A DNA stretch of 64,000 nt. It comes from Takakia lepidozioides. Its lineage: Eukaryota; Plantae; Bryophyta. This document shows, piece by piece, positions 1-11,809 of this stretch. The notes beneath the pieces were generated by a model. The model did no database searches, was not told the DNA's origin, and saw only the letters and a program-made list of their open reading frames with translations. The position numbers were made by a program, and so were the translations under genes. The first letter of the stretch is position 1. Each line of letters opens with the position of its first letter. Where the stretch lies: assembly GCA_030704615.1 (NCBI GenBank), contig CM060733.1, positions 5,642,001-5,706,000 of the forward strand. The letters are read 5' to 3'.

Positions 1-163
1 AGGGGGGAGAGACAGAGAGGAGAAATATGTCCACAGGATTGTGATCATGTCTTGAAAGATGTAGAGAGGAAGTGCTTTCATCCTCTGTATCTTGACGCAG
101 AACAGTGGACAAAAAACTCCACTTTCAGAGTTGATGATTTTCTTGGGTATATGGGCAATGCAG

Positions 164-1713
164 ATATTAGGTAAGGCACTGGGGGCGGGAGTGTTACCGG
201 TGAGTGCGGTGCTCTCAGATCAGAATGTTATGCTTTGCATCAGACCTGGCGAGCATGGCAGGTGTGTGCAGTAGCTCCATCTTTTGACCTCTTGAAGATA
301 GATACATCATAAGTTACTGACATTATTGTACATCAATCAATCCATGTTTGTGTGGGCTTTATGCACTGACGAAGGCTGCGTGGATGGCAGTACCTTTGGA
401 GGAAACCCTTTGGCAAGTGCAGTGGGCATTGCTGCACTGGAAGTAGTGCAAGAAGAAAAACTCTCTGAAAGGTAGTGTGTCTCTGTTTGATGCTCTTCTG
501 CCCCACCCCTTTCTCTGGTAGTCTGCTCTTTAGTCTTGTGTAATGAAGCCAACTTCAAATTGCCTTCTGTATTCCTGGTAGAATTCTAGCGTGATTTCAG
601 AAAGAAGAGATGTCTATTCTTAAAGACTTAGCTGCCATAGCTTGTGACCCATAGACAGCACACCATATTCAGACAGAGAAGAAAGGATGGAAGAGGCAGG
701 AGGCGACAAGGAGAGCAGTATCTGGCCCTTTCTAAGGGACTCACTCCTGCGAAGATAGTTGATTCTTGCATTTTTTCTTCAGAAGCGCTTTATTTCAGAG
801 TCAGTTAAACATAGAGCTTGCAGCATTCTGTGAGGTTCTCAGAGAAAGGAAGAAGAAATGGGAAGGAAACACAACCAACTTCAGTAGCAGGGACGCAAGT
901 AGAACAACGAAGGACCATAGAGAACAGACCACAGTAAGAGAGACATGGCATGCACATTGGAAATTTTGGGAATGAGACAAATAACAGTGGGATTTTGTTG
1001 GGGGTAGGTTGGTAAACAATAAGAGTACAACTGGCATGGAGAAAGTGAGATGCTGGAGAGTGACAGCAGGGTAAATTGTGGGCCTTGTTGGGCCAGAGCA
1101 GCGAAGGTAGGGGAGGAGTTCAGGGAGCAGCTACGCTCAGTGCAAAATGCCTACCCTGACTTGGTCAAAGAGGTCCGCGGCCGTGGTCTTTTGAACGCAG
1201 TGGAGCTATTTTCATCGGCGGAGTTCTCAGCTATGGATGTGTGTCTGGGTCTGAAGGACCGAGGAATTCTGTCCAAGCCCACACATGACACTATCATTAG
1301 ACTTTCGCCACCTCTTACCATTAGGTCATTCGTCACTTGCTGTCCCTCAGCCAAAACCCTTTTTTGTGGTAGGAAGCTACGTGGGGTGCTTAGAACTGAG
1401 AAACAAGGTTTATTCAGCTTTGAGTTGTGTACATTGTCTTGGTTTACATTTCATTGTACTACGTCATGTGGATGGAGCAAAGAGCTCCTAGTTCTCTAGA
1501 TCCAACTGCCCTCAGATGTCACCTCTGTTCTTAACCTCTCCTTTTTTGTGCAGGCAAGAGCAGTTGCAAGAGGCAGCCAAGGCTCTGAAAGACGTCTTTG
1601 AATTTGACATGGTCAACATGAAGCTTCGCTCGGAAGGCCGGATTCCCCAGAAAACTGAGGCTTGTGATCGCTGTGGACGCTACAAATATGAGATGCCTGA
1701 GACTGATCTCTAA
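164..1713 (+). CDS. OAT: Ornithine aminotransferase (class-III PLP aminotransferase), last four exons; 5' part lies outside the window
   Basis: GT-AG exons 164-261, 391-471, 1097-1324 and 1554-1713 join to ILGKALGAG (PLP lysine motif)...[18 protein letters not shown]...[12 protein letters not shown]...[18 protein letters not shown], ending in a plant-type CDRCGR tail. Confidence 0.95.
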
Positions 1714-2324
1714 GCTCTCTTACTGACTTTTTTGCAGTTCCTTTTAATCATTCGGAGCTGATGTGGTGAGTTAGGACTGTGTAGTCTGTAGAGGGCTACT
1801 GTAGAAGGGGAGCTGCAGTTCGGGGAATTATGATCCAAAGTATACTGTTGTCAGAAGATGGAGTTCGGTCTGGTTTGGTGCACACGTTATGTGCAATCAC
1901 TGGATGCCCCAGTATGTGAAGATCTTGTGAATTGATCAGTGCGATTATAATGTTGTCCGTTTGTATTTAGGCAGGAAAAAATACTGCCATGATATTATTT
2001 ATGACACCAAATCCCTCTCTCTCTCTCTCTCTCCATTTCCTGAAACAATGTCTAGGGTATTCTCGTCAGAGAGCGACCCACTTCGGACCATCAACCTGCA
2101 CTTCTGTTCACCGACTTTCAAAATGTGACGCTGAGCCTAGGCCCTGGCCATGCTGGGTCGAATTGCTGGGCAGCTCACAGAGACCAGATTGACGCTTGTA
2201 TGAAGGGCTTTCCAGAGGAAATCTGTAAAGCTCGACCTAAATTGTGTATGTCCATGCAAGTCCCAGTACTGGAGTGCGCCTGACAAAGGTAGTGTCTGTT
2301 CCCTCTTGTTCCACCCAAACTTGG

Positions 2325-2472
2325 CCTGGGTCTATGGCTACAAGGCTATGGCTAATGTCGTCTTGAAAGTACATCCCCCCCCCCCCCTTCTCTCTCTCTC
2401 TCTGTGTCTCTCTCTTGTGCGCGGGGTCAATGGCCACAAGGCTACGGCAAACAATGTCTTATGAGTACAATC
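2325..2472 (+). repeat. Two copies of a dispersed LINE 3'-terminal motif
   Basis: GGGTC(A/T)ATGGC(C/T)ACAAGGCTA(C/T)GGC...GTCTT..AGTACA, also present at ~49784-49838 (+), ~52357-52458 (-) and ~58748-58796 (-). Confidence 0.75.
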
Positions 2473-3136
2473 TGTCTCTCTCTTGTTGGTTTCTGTAGTT
2501 TTTGTGTGTTATGGGACCTTGTGTCCCTCTGTGGATATTACAAAGCCTTCTCCTCCCCTCTCTCTTTGTGTTGAGAAATGCATCCTCGGAATTATCCATC
2601 AGGAGAGGTCAGAAGTATGACAGTATAAAGCACCATTTCATTCAGTTTTCTGTCAAAGCATGAAGGCAGTGTTTAGACTATGATCCTTTCCCCACAAGAT
2701 GCCAAGCCCTCCATTCCAAGTTTCTCTTTCTTGTTGATGCACCACCCTCCATATGTACTGAGGACAGGTTGATTGTATCCCTCAATCAATTGCTTCTTAG
2801 TGCTGGAGAATGTTATCTGTTACAGAAACTTAATCATGGATTCTCTTTGAAGAGGCCCACAAAGTGGGAGGGGCAGGCATGATGCAACTCAAAGCAAACT
2901 TAGGTAGTTGATGAGAAGAAACAAGAAACCACTTGCTCAAAGCCCTGCAGTTGCTGGGGTGCTTCCATGAGACAGAGAAGTCTTGGGAATGCTTGTTTGA
3001 TTTCTTGCTTGTCAATGCATTGTCACCACACAGAGGCTGGCACCTCCGATTGTCACCTCAGATGGGCACCTCAGGGCGATAGAGTGAAGGGCTGGGCTAT
3101 GGCGGGGAAGCTCGGGGAGGAGCAGGCATGCGGGGG

Positions 3137-3790
3137 ATGAGCGCGGCCACGCTGGTGGTGTATTCAGGAGCTTACCTCTTCCTAGTGTTCTTTGCGGTGT
3201 GTTTGGCAACTGGGTTGTACTATCTTGCCGAGCTTGTGGAGGAGTACACGAGATTGACTCGCAGAATTATCAATTACAGCATCAAGGCTGTGATAGCGAT
3301 CCATGTGCTGCTGCTGCTATTCGATCGACTGCCGCTCCTTTGCATCGGATGTGGAATTTTAGCTCACTTGTTGTACTATCGGCTGCTCAAGACATTCCCG
3401 TATATCAGCCTTACTTCCAATGAGTTTCTTGCAAGCGTAGGGTTGTTGGTGGCGAGCCATATTGCGTGGTTTAGATTCTTTATGAGCGACCCAAGATGCG
3501 CGTACTTGAGTGTGGAATGGTTGCTGGGATTCTTGCTCCTCATGGTCTGGATTGTACCTTTCGCCTTCTTCATTTCGATGGCTGCCAATGAGAGCGTGCT
3601 TCCAGGTGGTGCGGGATACCAGGGTTATAGCAATCTTGGGGTTTCCTTGGAAGGGGATGGATCCCACAGGAGTCGCCGCACACAGGGTCAGTTATTAGGG
3701 TTTCTTAATTTCCTTAGACATAAGAGGGATGAAGTTCTCCCTTTGGTGGCTGAGCGCCTTCCATCAGCTCAGAGGGTAAAGCCTCTGTAG
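3137..3790 (+). CDS. TEX261: TEX261/Svp26 (Erv26-type) transmembrane ER-Golgi adaptor; CDS intronless; alternative ATG at 3128
   Basis: Family motifs CLATGLYYLAELVEEYT, LKTFPYISL and VWIVPFAFFISMAANESVLP, with several hydrophobic helices. Confidence 0.9.
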   Translation: MSAATLVVYSGAYLFLVFFAVCLATGLYYLAELVEEYTRLTRRIINYSIKAVIAIHVLLLLFDRLPLLCIGCGILAHLLYYRLLKTFPYISLTSNEFLASVGLLVASHIAWFRFFMSDPRCAYLSVEWLLGFLLLMVWIVPFAFFISMAANESVLPGGAGYQGYSNLGVSLEGDGSHRSRRTQGQLLGFLNFLRHKRDEVLPLVAERLPSAQRVKPL

Positions 3791-5155
3791 GTCCAGTTAT
3801 ATCGTGATTTCTGTAAGGGCCTTCCCATCTCTCGATCTCTTTTTCAGAGGTGAGGCTGCGATGCAGATTCAGATGCTACTTATTGTAGTGAAATGCCATA
3901 TCGATACACTGTCAGTTGGAATAGATGTGTTGAGCTGATGTTGTGTGCATGGAGCTGTACATGATAGAATAATTAGAGGATTGCGGTTGGCCCACAGATG
4001 TCATTTGGTTTGGCTCCCTCACCAACATGATCTGACATTGGTTCTGTAGAAACAGGTATATGTCTATATACTCTCTTCAAAGGGGTCTGTTCGTAGCATG
4101 CAGATCCACCTTGGATAGACGACTTGTTACAATTCTTTCTGTGGGCCTTTAGCCTCTTCCAATTTTTTGTGCCCTCTTGTGGGTTTTGTAAGTAGCCTCC
4201 CTTGTAGGCAAACCAATATATTTTGAACTTGCCCGATTCTGTGGCTATGCTTCATTCAAGAGAAGTCTGCTCACTAGGGTTAGAATGGGGAATATTTATG
4301 ATACAAAATTCTTTTGGTAGCTGCAACAAGGATGTCCCGTGCTTTAAGTTGTCTAATCCATTGCTTTAATTCGGAGTCTGTGTGGCCCCCAAGGGTACCC
4401 ATGGGTCAGGGGCTGGAAAGATGAAGCCTAACACAATTAGACGGCCACAGGATCTTTCTGTACGTCACACATCCAACTAGGTTACTGATGTGTTTCAATG
4501 ATGGCCTCAGTGAGGCAACGGGATTAATGTTAGAGAGTTGTAGAGCAGGTTCAGCTCAACAGCCTGCAGGTAGTTCTATGTTATATGCTGTCTGGAAAAT
4601 TAGATGTAGATGTCTAGATATGCTGCTTAAAATAGCTATTGTAATAATATAGTTTCTTAGAGGGAGACGATCTCTGGAGGCCATGGAAAGAGGTTGGAAA
4701 GGCGGCCAAAGCAGTGTAAATCGTCAATTTTTTTCGCAATTGTTTGACTGGCAGTTCTAGACCGAGTGGGAGTGTCTTCTGATCTGTGAAGCCTACTATC
4801 TTCAACAGTCACGTGAGGCAGGTTTGATGTGCAAGAGACTCTTTTTGTGGCATACCAGAGACAGAGCTTGCGAAACCAGCCATCTGTAGCGACCAGCTAT
4901 GGGGATGGCATTGTTTCCACTTCTTCTCTGTCACTGTCCGTTGGCCCTAGGGTTTGTGTCAGAGCTGCATCCTTTGTAAGGAGCTGCATCCTTTGTAAGT
5001 TGCTGTCATTGAAGCTGCTTAATTCCTCCTCCTCCTTCTATGCTTAAAACTGCAGGTTGGAGTTCAACATCTTCTCTTATGGTAAATATTAAGTGTGTGT
5101 AGAACAAGGTTTTTGATCCCTCCCTCCCTCCCTCCCTCCATGGTAGCCCGAGTGG

Positions 5156-5283
5156 CTGGGTGTCTGAAACTAAGGAAGGACGAAACACTCTCAGAGTTTA
5201 ACCCTTAAGTGCCCAGACACTGGGTGTCTGAAACTAAGGAAGGACGAAACACTCTCAGAGTTTAACCCTCAAGTGCCCAGACA
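5156..5283 (+). repeat. 64-bp tandem duplication spanning the left junction of the piggyBac-like element
   Basis: 5156-5219 and 5220-5283 are identical except CCCTTAAG versus CCCTCAAG. Confidence 0.95.
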
Positions 5284-7097
5284 CATTTTCACGCCTCTCA
5301 TTTTTTTAATAATAGGGTCATGAATACACGGGCGGGCCCCGCCAGTACGGCTCTTGGGGTGAGCTCATAAGCCCATCGCCCATTCACCGGGTCGGCCAGA
5401 TTCTGAAATTTTTCTTAAATTCTTGTTGATCTACTACTGTGGCGGACCTTCTAGCGGACTGGCAGACCCTTTCGACATAATATATATTTAATAATACACA
5501 TTACTACCGCAATACAACTTGATAGGATTTGAACACCACATCTTGTATTTATTATTCATTGCTCTTAACCACCACACTACCCGCCACTTTGTACAAACCT
5601 TTGCAATAACTAATGTTTTATGTGCATATTGTGGGCCCCAGCAGACTAACTCATGTGTTTTATGGCCCAGCAGGCCAGCTTGCCGGGCAGACCCAGCAAC
5701 AGACTGGCCGGGTAGGGGGCGCTCCTACCCTCCGCAACCCCCTATGCCACACGCGGGCCCCGCCGCAGCCACACGCGCAGGCATTCATGACCCTATTATT
5801 GTTAAATGAGAAGCCATTTTCACCCTCTCGTGGAAAAACATGACCCTGGCCCACAAAAACATTTTTATCTGGAAAATCTCTATGTCCCTGTAAAACTGAC
5901 CGTTGGAATTACTTCCCGCCTACCCCACCTGCCACAAAAAGTTTCATCTAATTCCAACCGCCAGATCAGAAGATTATAAAGTGTAGAGTGGGGACCAAAA
6001 AAACTCTTCACTAAGAAATAGGGGAAAAAAAAATCATGGGATCTGTTATCAGGTTTTTTTTTTTTTTTTTTTTTCCCTCAATTCTGGAATAAATGCAATA
6101 TTTAACGTTAAAAAAGAAAATAGGTGCCAAAAAAAGCAGTTTTTTCCTCATATTTGGGAAGTTTTAATTTCTCTTTTTTTAGAGTCTCAAGAATGTTGTA
6201 CCATACCTGATAACACACATCCTCATAATTTTTCAGTTTTTTCTGAAATGTTCTCAAGTGGGCTCCTTTGTAGTGACAAATTGGGGGGGTCAAAATATGC
6301 CATTTTCTTTGGGCAGGACAAAATATCTCTTCCTAAAATTATACAAACAAATTCAGCCGTTCAACTCTTAATCCCTCCGGTTGAAGTGTCATGAACATCC
6401 ATATGAGATCCCAAAAAAAATTTGGGACCAATCGGTAATTGCCCTCACATCTTTAGGTTCCCTGCCCAAGACTTCAAATGCACACCTATGTTATAGCCTT
6501 CAGGCCTAGGATATTTGGAGCCATAGCCCAGCAGGGCACGGGGTTTGGGAGCTCTTCTGGCTTACCCGGCCCTGCTTTCATGGGGGGCCACTCCACCCTC
6601 AACCCTCTCAAACCCCCGCCCTAGGTTTGGCCCACCCCTAGTGGCGTTTTCTCTACTGCCATCGCGGCTGCACTCCCTCCAGCCCGCCCTGCATGGCGTT
6701 AGCCGGAGCTGCCATCGCCGTCGATTCAAGCTAGGGCCCAGGCCTGCGCCGGGCGCCATGCCCCCAGCCGGGCAATCAAGGGGTTTGGGGGAGCGTGCCG
6801 CCCTAACCTTTATGGGGTATCTTTCAGTCGCCCTAACCTGACCGCAGTTGCCATGTCAGCAACTTGGGCAGGTTAGGGGGGCCAAATGGGCCTCAAAAAG
6901 CTGAGTGTGCCCCCTTCCAATTGGTCCAGACCCATACCCCTTTCAGGCATTGACCAATTGGCCAATGCCATATGAAGGAGGACCCGATTTTCTATCGATT
7001 GAGCCCAAAAAAGGCCCAATCAGCCTTAACCACAGGAAGTTATGGCTGGTTAAGCAAACCCAACCGACCCAGAATCGGTCGCTTGGGCACTTAAGGG
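5202..7097. mobile_element. piggyBac-type non-autonomous DNA transposon (~1.9 kb)
   Basis: TTAA (5198-5201) CCCTTAAGTGCCCA ... TGGGCACTTAAGGG (7084-7097) TTAA (7098-7101): perfect 14-bp TIRs starting CCC and a TTAA target duplication. No transposase ORF is seen. Confidence 0.8.
5308..5800. mobile_element. Nested MITE-like segment with inverted termini
   Basis: AATAATAGGGTCATGAAT (5308-5325) and ATTCATGACCCTATTATT (5783-5800) bracket a GC-rich interior. TSD is unresolved. Confidence 0.55.
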
Positions 7098-7551
7098 TTA
7101 AGAGGGACCTTATAAACCCATTACTAGCTTAGAGCCTGTTTCTTTTTCCTTTTTCTTTTTTAAAAAATAAAATAAAAGGGAAACACCTGGGAGCGACAGC
7201 TCACAAATCAGGCCCCTTATGGCCTGTTTCCATTGTGACATCACAGGGCTTTATAGTGACATGTACTCATTGATACAAACTATAATAATCTAACCCCTAA
7301 TCATGGGATATGTTATTCAGGTTTTTGGGCCCACCACTCACTCTGCTTTTTGCACCTCTCACAAACAAGCGGCTAGGCGTGTAATGGCTCCTCCTCAAGG
7401 CCAAGTGTATAGGTTTGTGATCATTCCAATAGACTTTTATACCACCATATATGCATGGTTGATTTTCATTGGCATTTGTCCATTAACTGTGGAATGTAGT
7501 AGCCTTAGAAATTCATTTAAATTTATTATTATTATTATTTTATATTTTCAA

Positions 7552-7830
7552 AATTATTCTGATTTTCTTCGTGATTGTGTTCTTCATTAGATACATGTTG
7601 CATATCATTGTCATCACTAGCTGCATTGGAGAAGCAGCAAACATGACTAATTTATGCCTCTCTATATGATGGAATATTAACAAAGCCAACATAATCAATT
7701 TCGGATATATTTTTGGACTTACAGTCGGATCTATATTCTAACAATATTTTAAGAGCAATGCAACATTTAGCTTCCCTATGTGGCAAAGAGACAAAAATGA
7801 TTGTGTTCCCTTAAAGTTAGATGAAGTGCA
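7552..7830 (-). mobile_element. Diverged second copy of the Helentron N-terminal (DUF6570-like) region
   Basis: Colinear similarity with ~14988-15300, e.g. GATTTTCTTC.TGATTGTGTTCTTCA, AAAGCCAACATAATCAA and TGTGGCAAA. Confidence 0.7.
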
Positions 7831-8136
7831 CAATACTCAGATGATGACGTACATGACGATAAATGAAACACAATCATTTTTATGTCATAATTTGCCTCAA
7901 AAAGCTACCATTTGATTGTTCTTTAAAATATCATTTACAATATAAATCTCTATATTTGTTAAGAAATGTTCATCCAAATTTAACTATGTTAGCTTTGTGC
8001 ATGGTATTGTGGATTTAATGTACTCCATGTAAGTCCATGATGTTGTAGCTAGTCGTGTAATGGCTCTTTTTTAGATTCTACAAAATACTATTAAACATTT
8101 AGAATAGATGAGATGTGACAATATTGAGAGACGTGA

Positions 8137-8808
8137 TTAGGTAGTTTGAAAACCAGGTTTGTGATCACTCCAATAGGCTTCTGTAACAGCAGACGTGCAT
8201 TGTTGATTTTGGGCATTTGTCCAAATGTGATCCAAATGTGAACCGTAGATTGTAGTAGCCTCGGAAAATTGAAGTTTCATATGAAAATTATTCATAAATT
8301 GTTTTAGTTGATTGGTTGAAGGATTTTGCTCTAACATATTCACATTAAAATCTCCTATAATTATTGTAGGACAACAATGTGTGATATTATTAAGAATAAT
8401 CCCAAGATGGGATAAAAATATAATCAATGAAAGAGGCGGAGGTTATATACTGTGACGATGTTTATAGCTCTTCGCGTATTTTTATTAAATAATGCAGTTA
8501 TATATTCGGCACCATTATGTGAAAATGTTTCATGGGATGTTAACGACATACTTTTACCATACAATATCATTGTACCTTGACTAGCATGTACAGCCACATA
8601 CGGATATTTTGAATGATTGACGAATAAATTGCTGGTTTGAATTTTCCAGACTGAAATGAGTTTCATTCAAACATAAAATATGGAATGTTTGTAAATTATA
8701 ATCTGCAAAAACATCATCTTTGTATAATGACAATGATCTAGTGTTCAAAGATTGTACAATTACATGTGATTGTCGATAGTTGTTAAAACAGGAATTAAAA
8801 GTTCTCAA
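8137..8808 (-). pseudogene. AP-type (EEP) endonuclease domain of the Helentron
   Basis: SLNTRSL...HILCLNETH, TIIIGDFN, HLDHIWTN and YWSDHKP, spread over three frames. Confidence 0.9.
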
Positions 8809-10608
8809 CGTGCAATAGTACGTAGTCGTTTCATTTCCTCAGCAACGCCATTATCAGTGCGGAAATTTTGTAGTTGCAAGTTTGCTAAAAGATACAAAAT
8901 TTCTTTTCTTCGAATACGAGACAAAACAATATAGCTTAATCCATGTTTATTAATACCGGTAGGATCAAATGCCAAATAATCCATTGTTAAGCCTTGTGAA
9001 CGGTGGATGGTTCGAGCAGCAAATTGAATCGAAAATTGTGTTCTAGTAATTATATGAGATGTATTAGGCCCAATTTGAATCTCTTTGAAATAGGTTGAAT
9101 AGGAGTCCATAAAGGATCTATTGTAGAATCATATAAATGTGAGTTAGCACATGTAGCAATACCGGATTTAACATTGAAAATTTGTATCCATATCAAATGA
9201 GTAGATGTTTGAATATTCTATCTCCTCCATACAAGATTGTCATGTGTCGCATAATTTCCAGCACACAACTCTACTAACATTTCTTTTTTAACCTTAATAG
9301 TTGTATGTAGACATGCAGTATTAGATGCATTATCAAGTAACTTAAAAGAAGCAGGACATGTATCATGATGTTTATCAATGGCTTCAAAAATATATACAGA
9401 TCCTTTAGTTTGCTCAAAAGCTAGTTGATTATGCATGAGCATGGATTTGTTTGTATAATATAAATGAGGGAATGCAGGATCGTTAGGCGGAGGCCGACAA
9501 CATTGTTAATTAATACTGTCTATATTGTGTTGAGTTGCTAAGGCTGTTCGCAATCTATTCAATATGTCAATAAATTCACTGTATGTCTGACGCATCACTT
9601 GTGTCAATTTGTAGCATTTAATACAATCTTGCCAAAAACTTGGGACTAAAGCATATGGACCTACAGTTTTTTTTTTGAAAACCCAACTATCTCCCACTGG
9701 TGGTGCTTAATAAAAATCTCATGTGATAAGGACATCTAGATTACCAAAAAAATGACTATGACCTCGTTTGATTGACCTTAATTGTAAGTATGCAAATGTA
9801 AGTATTATGTTTCATATTAGTGAAATTTCATCTAATACCAAAAGTTGTAAATCTGGTTCAGGAGAGGGTTGAATTCTGGGATTTGTTGTGCTTGAATATA
9901 ATGAGGCATCCTGAGATTGACCACTGGATTCTTGCTGGAGAAAATATTTTATTAGTGTATTTAATCACTCTGAACTAAGTGAAGGCAATTCTTTGCAATT
10001 GAGAAGGATGCTAAGCCCAGAGTGTACGGTTGTGTCATCAATATTAAAAGCTGTTTTTCCTGTATATGCCATCAAAATCATTTTTTTCTTTAGCGGATCA
10101 GCTTGTGGATGTCTATTATAGATTCGTAATAATCCTTGAATTATAAGTAATAGTGTAAAAAAATTTCCCGTTCCTGCTCACTTAGTCATAAATAAATGTA
10201 GTGGTTTGTCAGGATACAAACGTTTTCTATACATACAGTCATAAAAAATAGCTCTTTGCTCAAAATTAAGTTTGCGCAATTCAGCCAAAAAAGTTGTGGA
10301 AGGAATCATATTGTCACGTATGCTACAAACATCCATTTCAAGTATCGTCGATGTTCTAATTTGCGGTTTGCAATGGAATTCAATGTTTATATCATAAGAC
10401 TCTACTCCAGTACAATTAGTTAATGATTTAGGAACATAATCATCGTCGACTGTCATAAAAGTATCCATCCATATGCTAGAGTTATTTATTTGTGCCAATT
10501 CATGAGCTTTTGATTCTAAATTATTCCAATCAGTTATAGTATTGTTATTATATTTTGAAAACGTATATATAAACTTTTTACGAACAACATTGTATTTGTA
10601 TTTTATAA
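8805..10608 (-). pseudogene. Pif1-family helicase domain of the Helentron
   Basis: Degenerate AGTGK (motif I), AYTGKTAFNIDDTTVHS (Ia/Ib), LVLDEISL (II), LTQVMRQ (IV), TIHRSQGLT (V) and YIVLSR (VI). Confidence 0.92.
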
Positions 10609-10886
10609 AAAAGCTTTGTTCATTTTGCCCATAGGTACCCCTAACCAATCACATACAAAGGGGCACTAATGAAAACGGTTAAGAATCACAAAATTAAAAC
10701 TATGCATCTTGGCATGATGCATATATTACTCATGAGCCATCCATTGTATTTGTATTTGCTCATGAGTAATATATGTATCATGCCAAGATGCATAGTTTTA
10801 ATTTTGTGATTCTTAATTGTTTTCATTAGTGCCCCTTTGTATGTGATTGGTTAGGGGTACCTATGGGCAAAATGAACAAAGCTTTT
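10609..10886. repeat. Long inverted repeat (foldback) with ~129-bp arms and a 20-bp loop
   Basis: 10609-10737 is the near-perfect reverse complement of 10758-10886. Confidence 0.95.
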
Positions 10887-11010
10887 GCTTGGATGCATTG
10901 AGCATCAAAAATTTTGCATGAAAATAAAAAGCCAATGGTCACTAGATGCCAAGAAGGAATACAAAGAGAATGCACTAATTCACACTTGGAAATTCCAAGT
11001 TTGGCTCAGG

Positions 11011-11049
<39 letters not shown>

Positions 11050-11188
11050 CGCCGGCCGAAGCTGGCGTAATGGGAATGACTCATACAATGGATTATCCAA
11101 CCATTCCCAAATCAGGCCATTCGAGACGCTCATTGGTCCATGTCACATAGTCAACACGCACGCACCACACAAAATCTGAACTTTGACG

Positions 11189-11809
11189 CATTTAGAAAAT
11201 CCTAGTCGTCAGACGCTCCTGGTCGACTCCTACATAATCCCAGTAGGACTTGAACATAGTGGGATCCCCACTGGAATATAAACATGCAATGATTGTCAGT
11301 CTTATTTAAAAATTTAAAATTGAGCAAAGTGCCATTGTAGTTCAGAAGCAAGCTGCAAACCGAAATAGTGCAATACATGTAAATTAGCAAGCTAGTGCCA
11401 CAATACGTTCCAAATTACAGTTGGAGATATCACGAAGACATCATCGTGCAGTTTCCTGCAAACACACGTAGAGATTTTGTAGATGGAAAAATTAAAGGAG
11501 TACACAGGCTGTAAACAGCCATGCACTTGCAGAGAAGTCTACGGGTCTTGATGCCGAGTCAGATCTGAATACGTCCCAAGTCTACTACTTTAGCTATGAA
11601 GTATTGACAAACCAAACTCAACCAAACTGGGAGGTGAAGAGAGAGATTAACCCTCTCCGGTCAAGAATAACTCACTTATCGCAGTCCAGCATCGTACTTG
11701 CAGTTTCCGATGCCGTTGGGCCGATCGCATACGTTGCTGGAGCCATCAATCGACTAGTTTGAACAAACGAATCCGTTCCGAGATAGCCACCCTCTATCTA
11801 TTTCACTAC
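11189..11809 (-). pseudogene. Fragment of a TAA1/TAR/alliinase-family aminotransferase gene inside the Helentron
   Basis: Splicing 11809-11676 to 11270 downward (GT-AG intron 11675-11271) gives MLDCDN-GDPTMFKSYWDYVG, which resembles the family (N/D)LDHGDPTM(F/Y)ExYW motif. It is truncated by a stop. Confidence 0.6.

Noticed and set aside
5156-5283. Hammerhead-ribozyme-like look (GGGTGTC...GGACGAAACACTC) in the 64-bp repeat
   Set aside because: A stem III pairing is possible, but the CUGANGA core (here CTGAAAC) and stems I and II are missing.
7120-7140. CTAG as a canonical Helitron 3' end
   Set aside because: No GC-rich hairpin precedes it on the minus strand, so the element termini are left unresolved.
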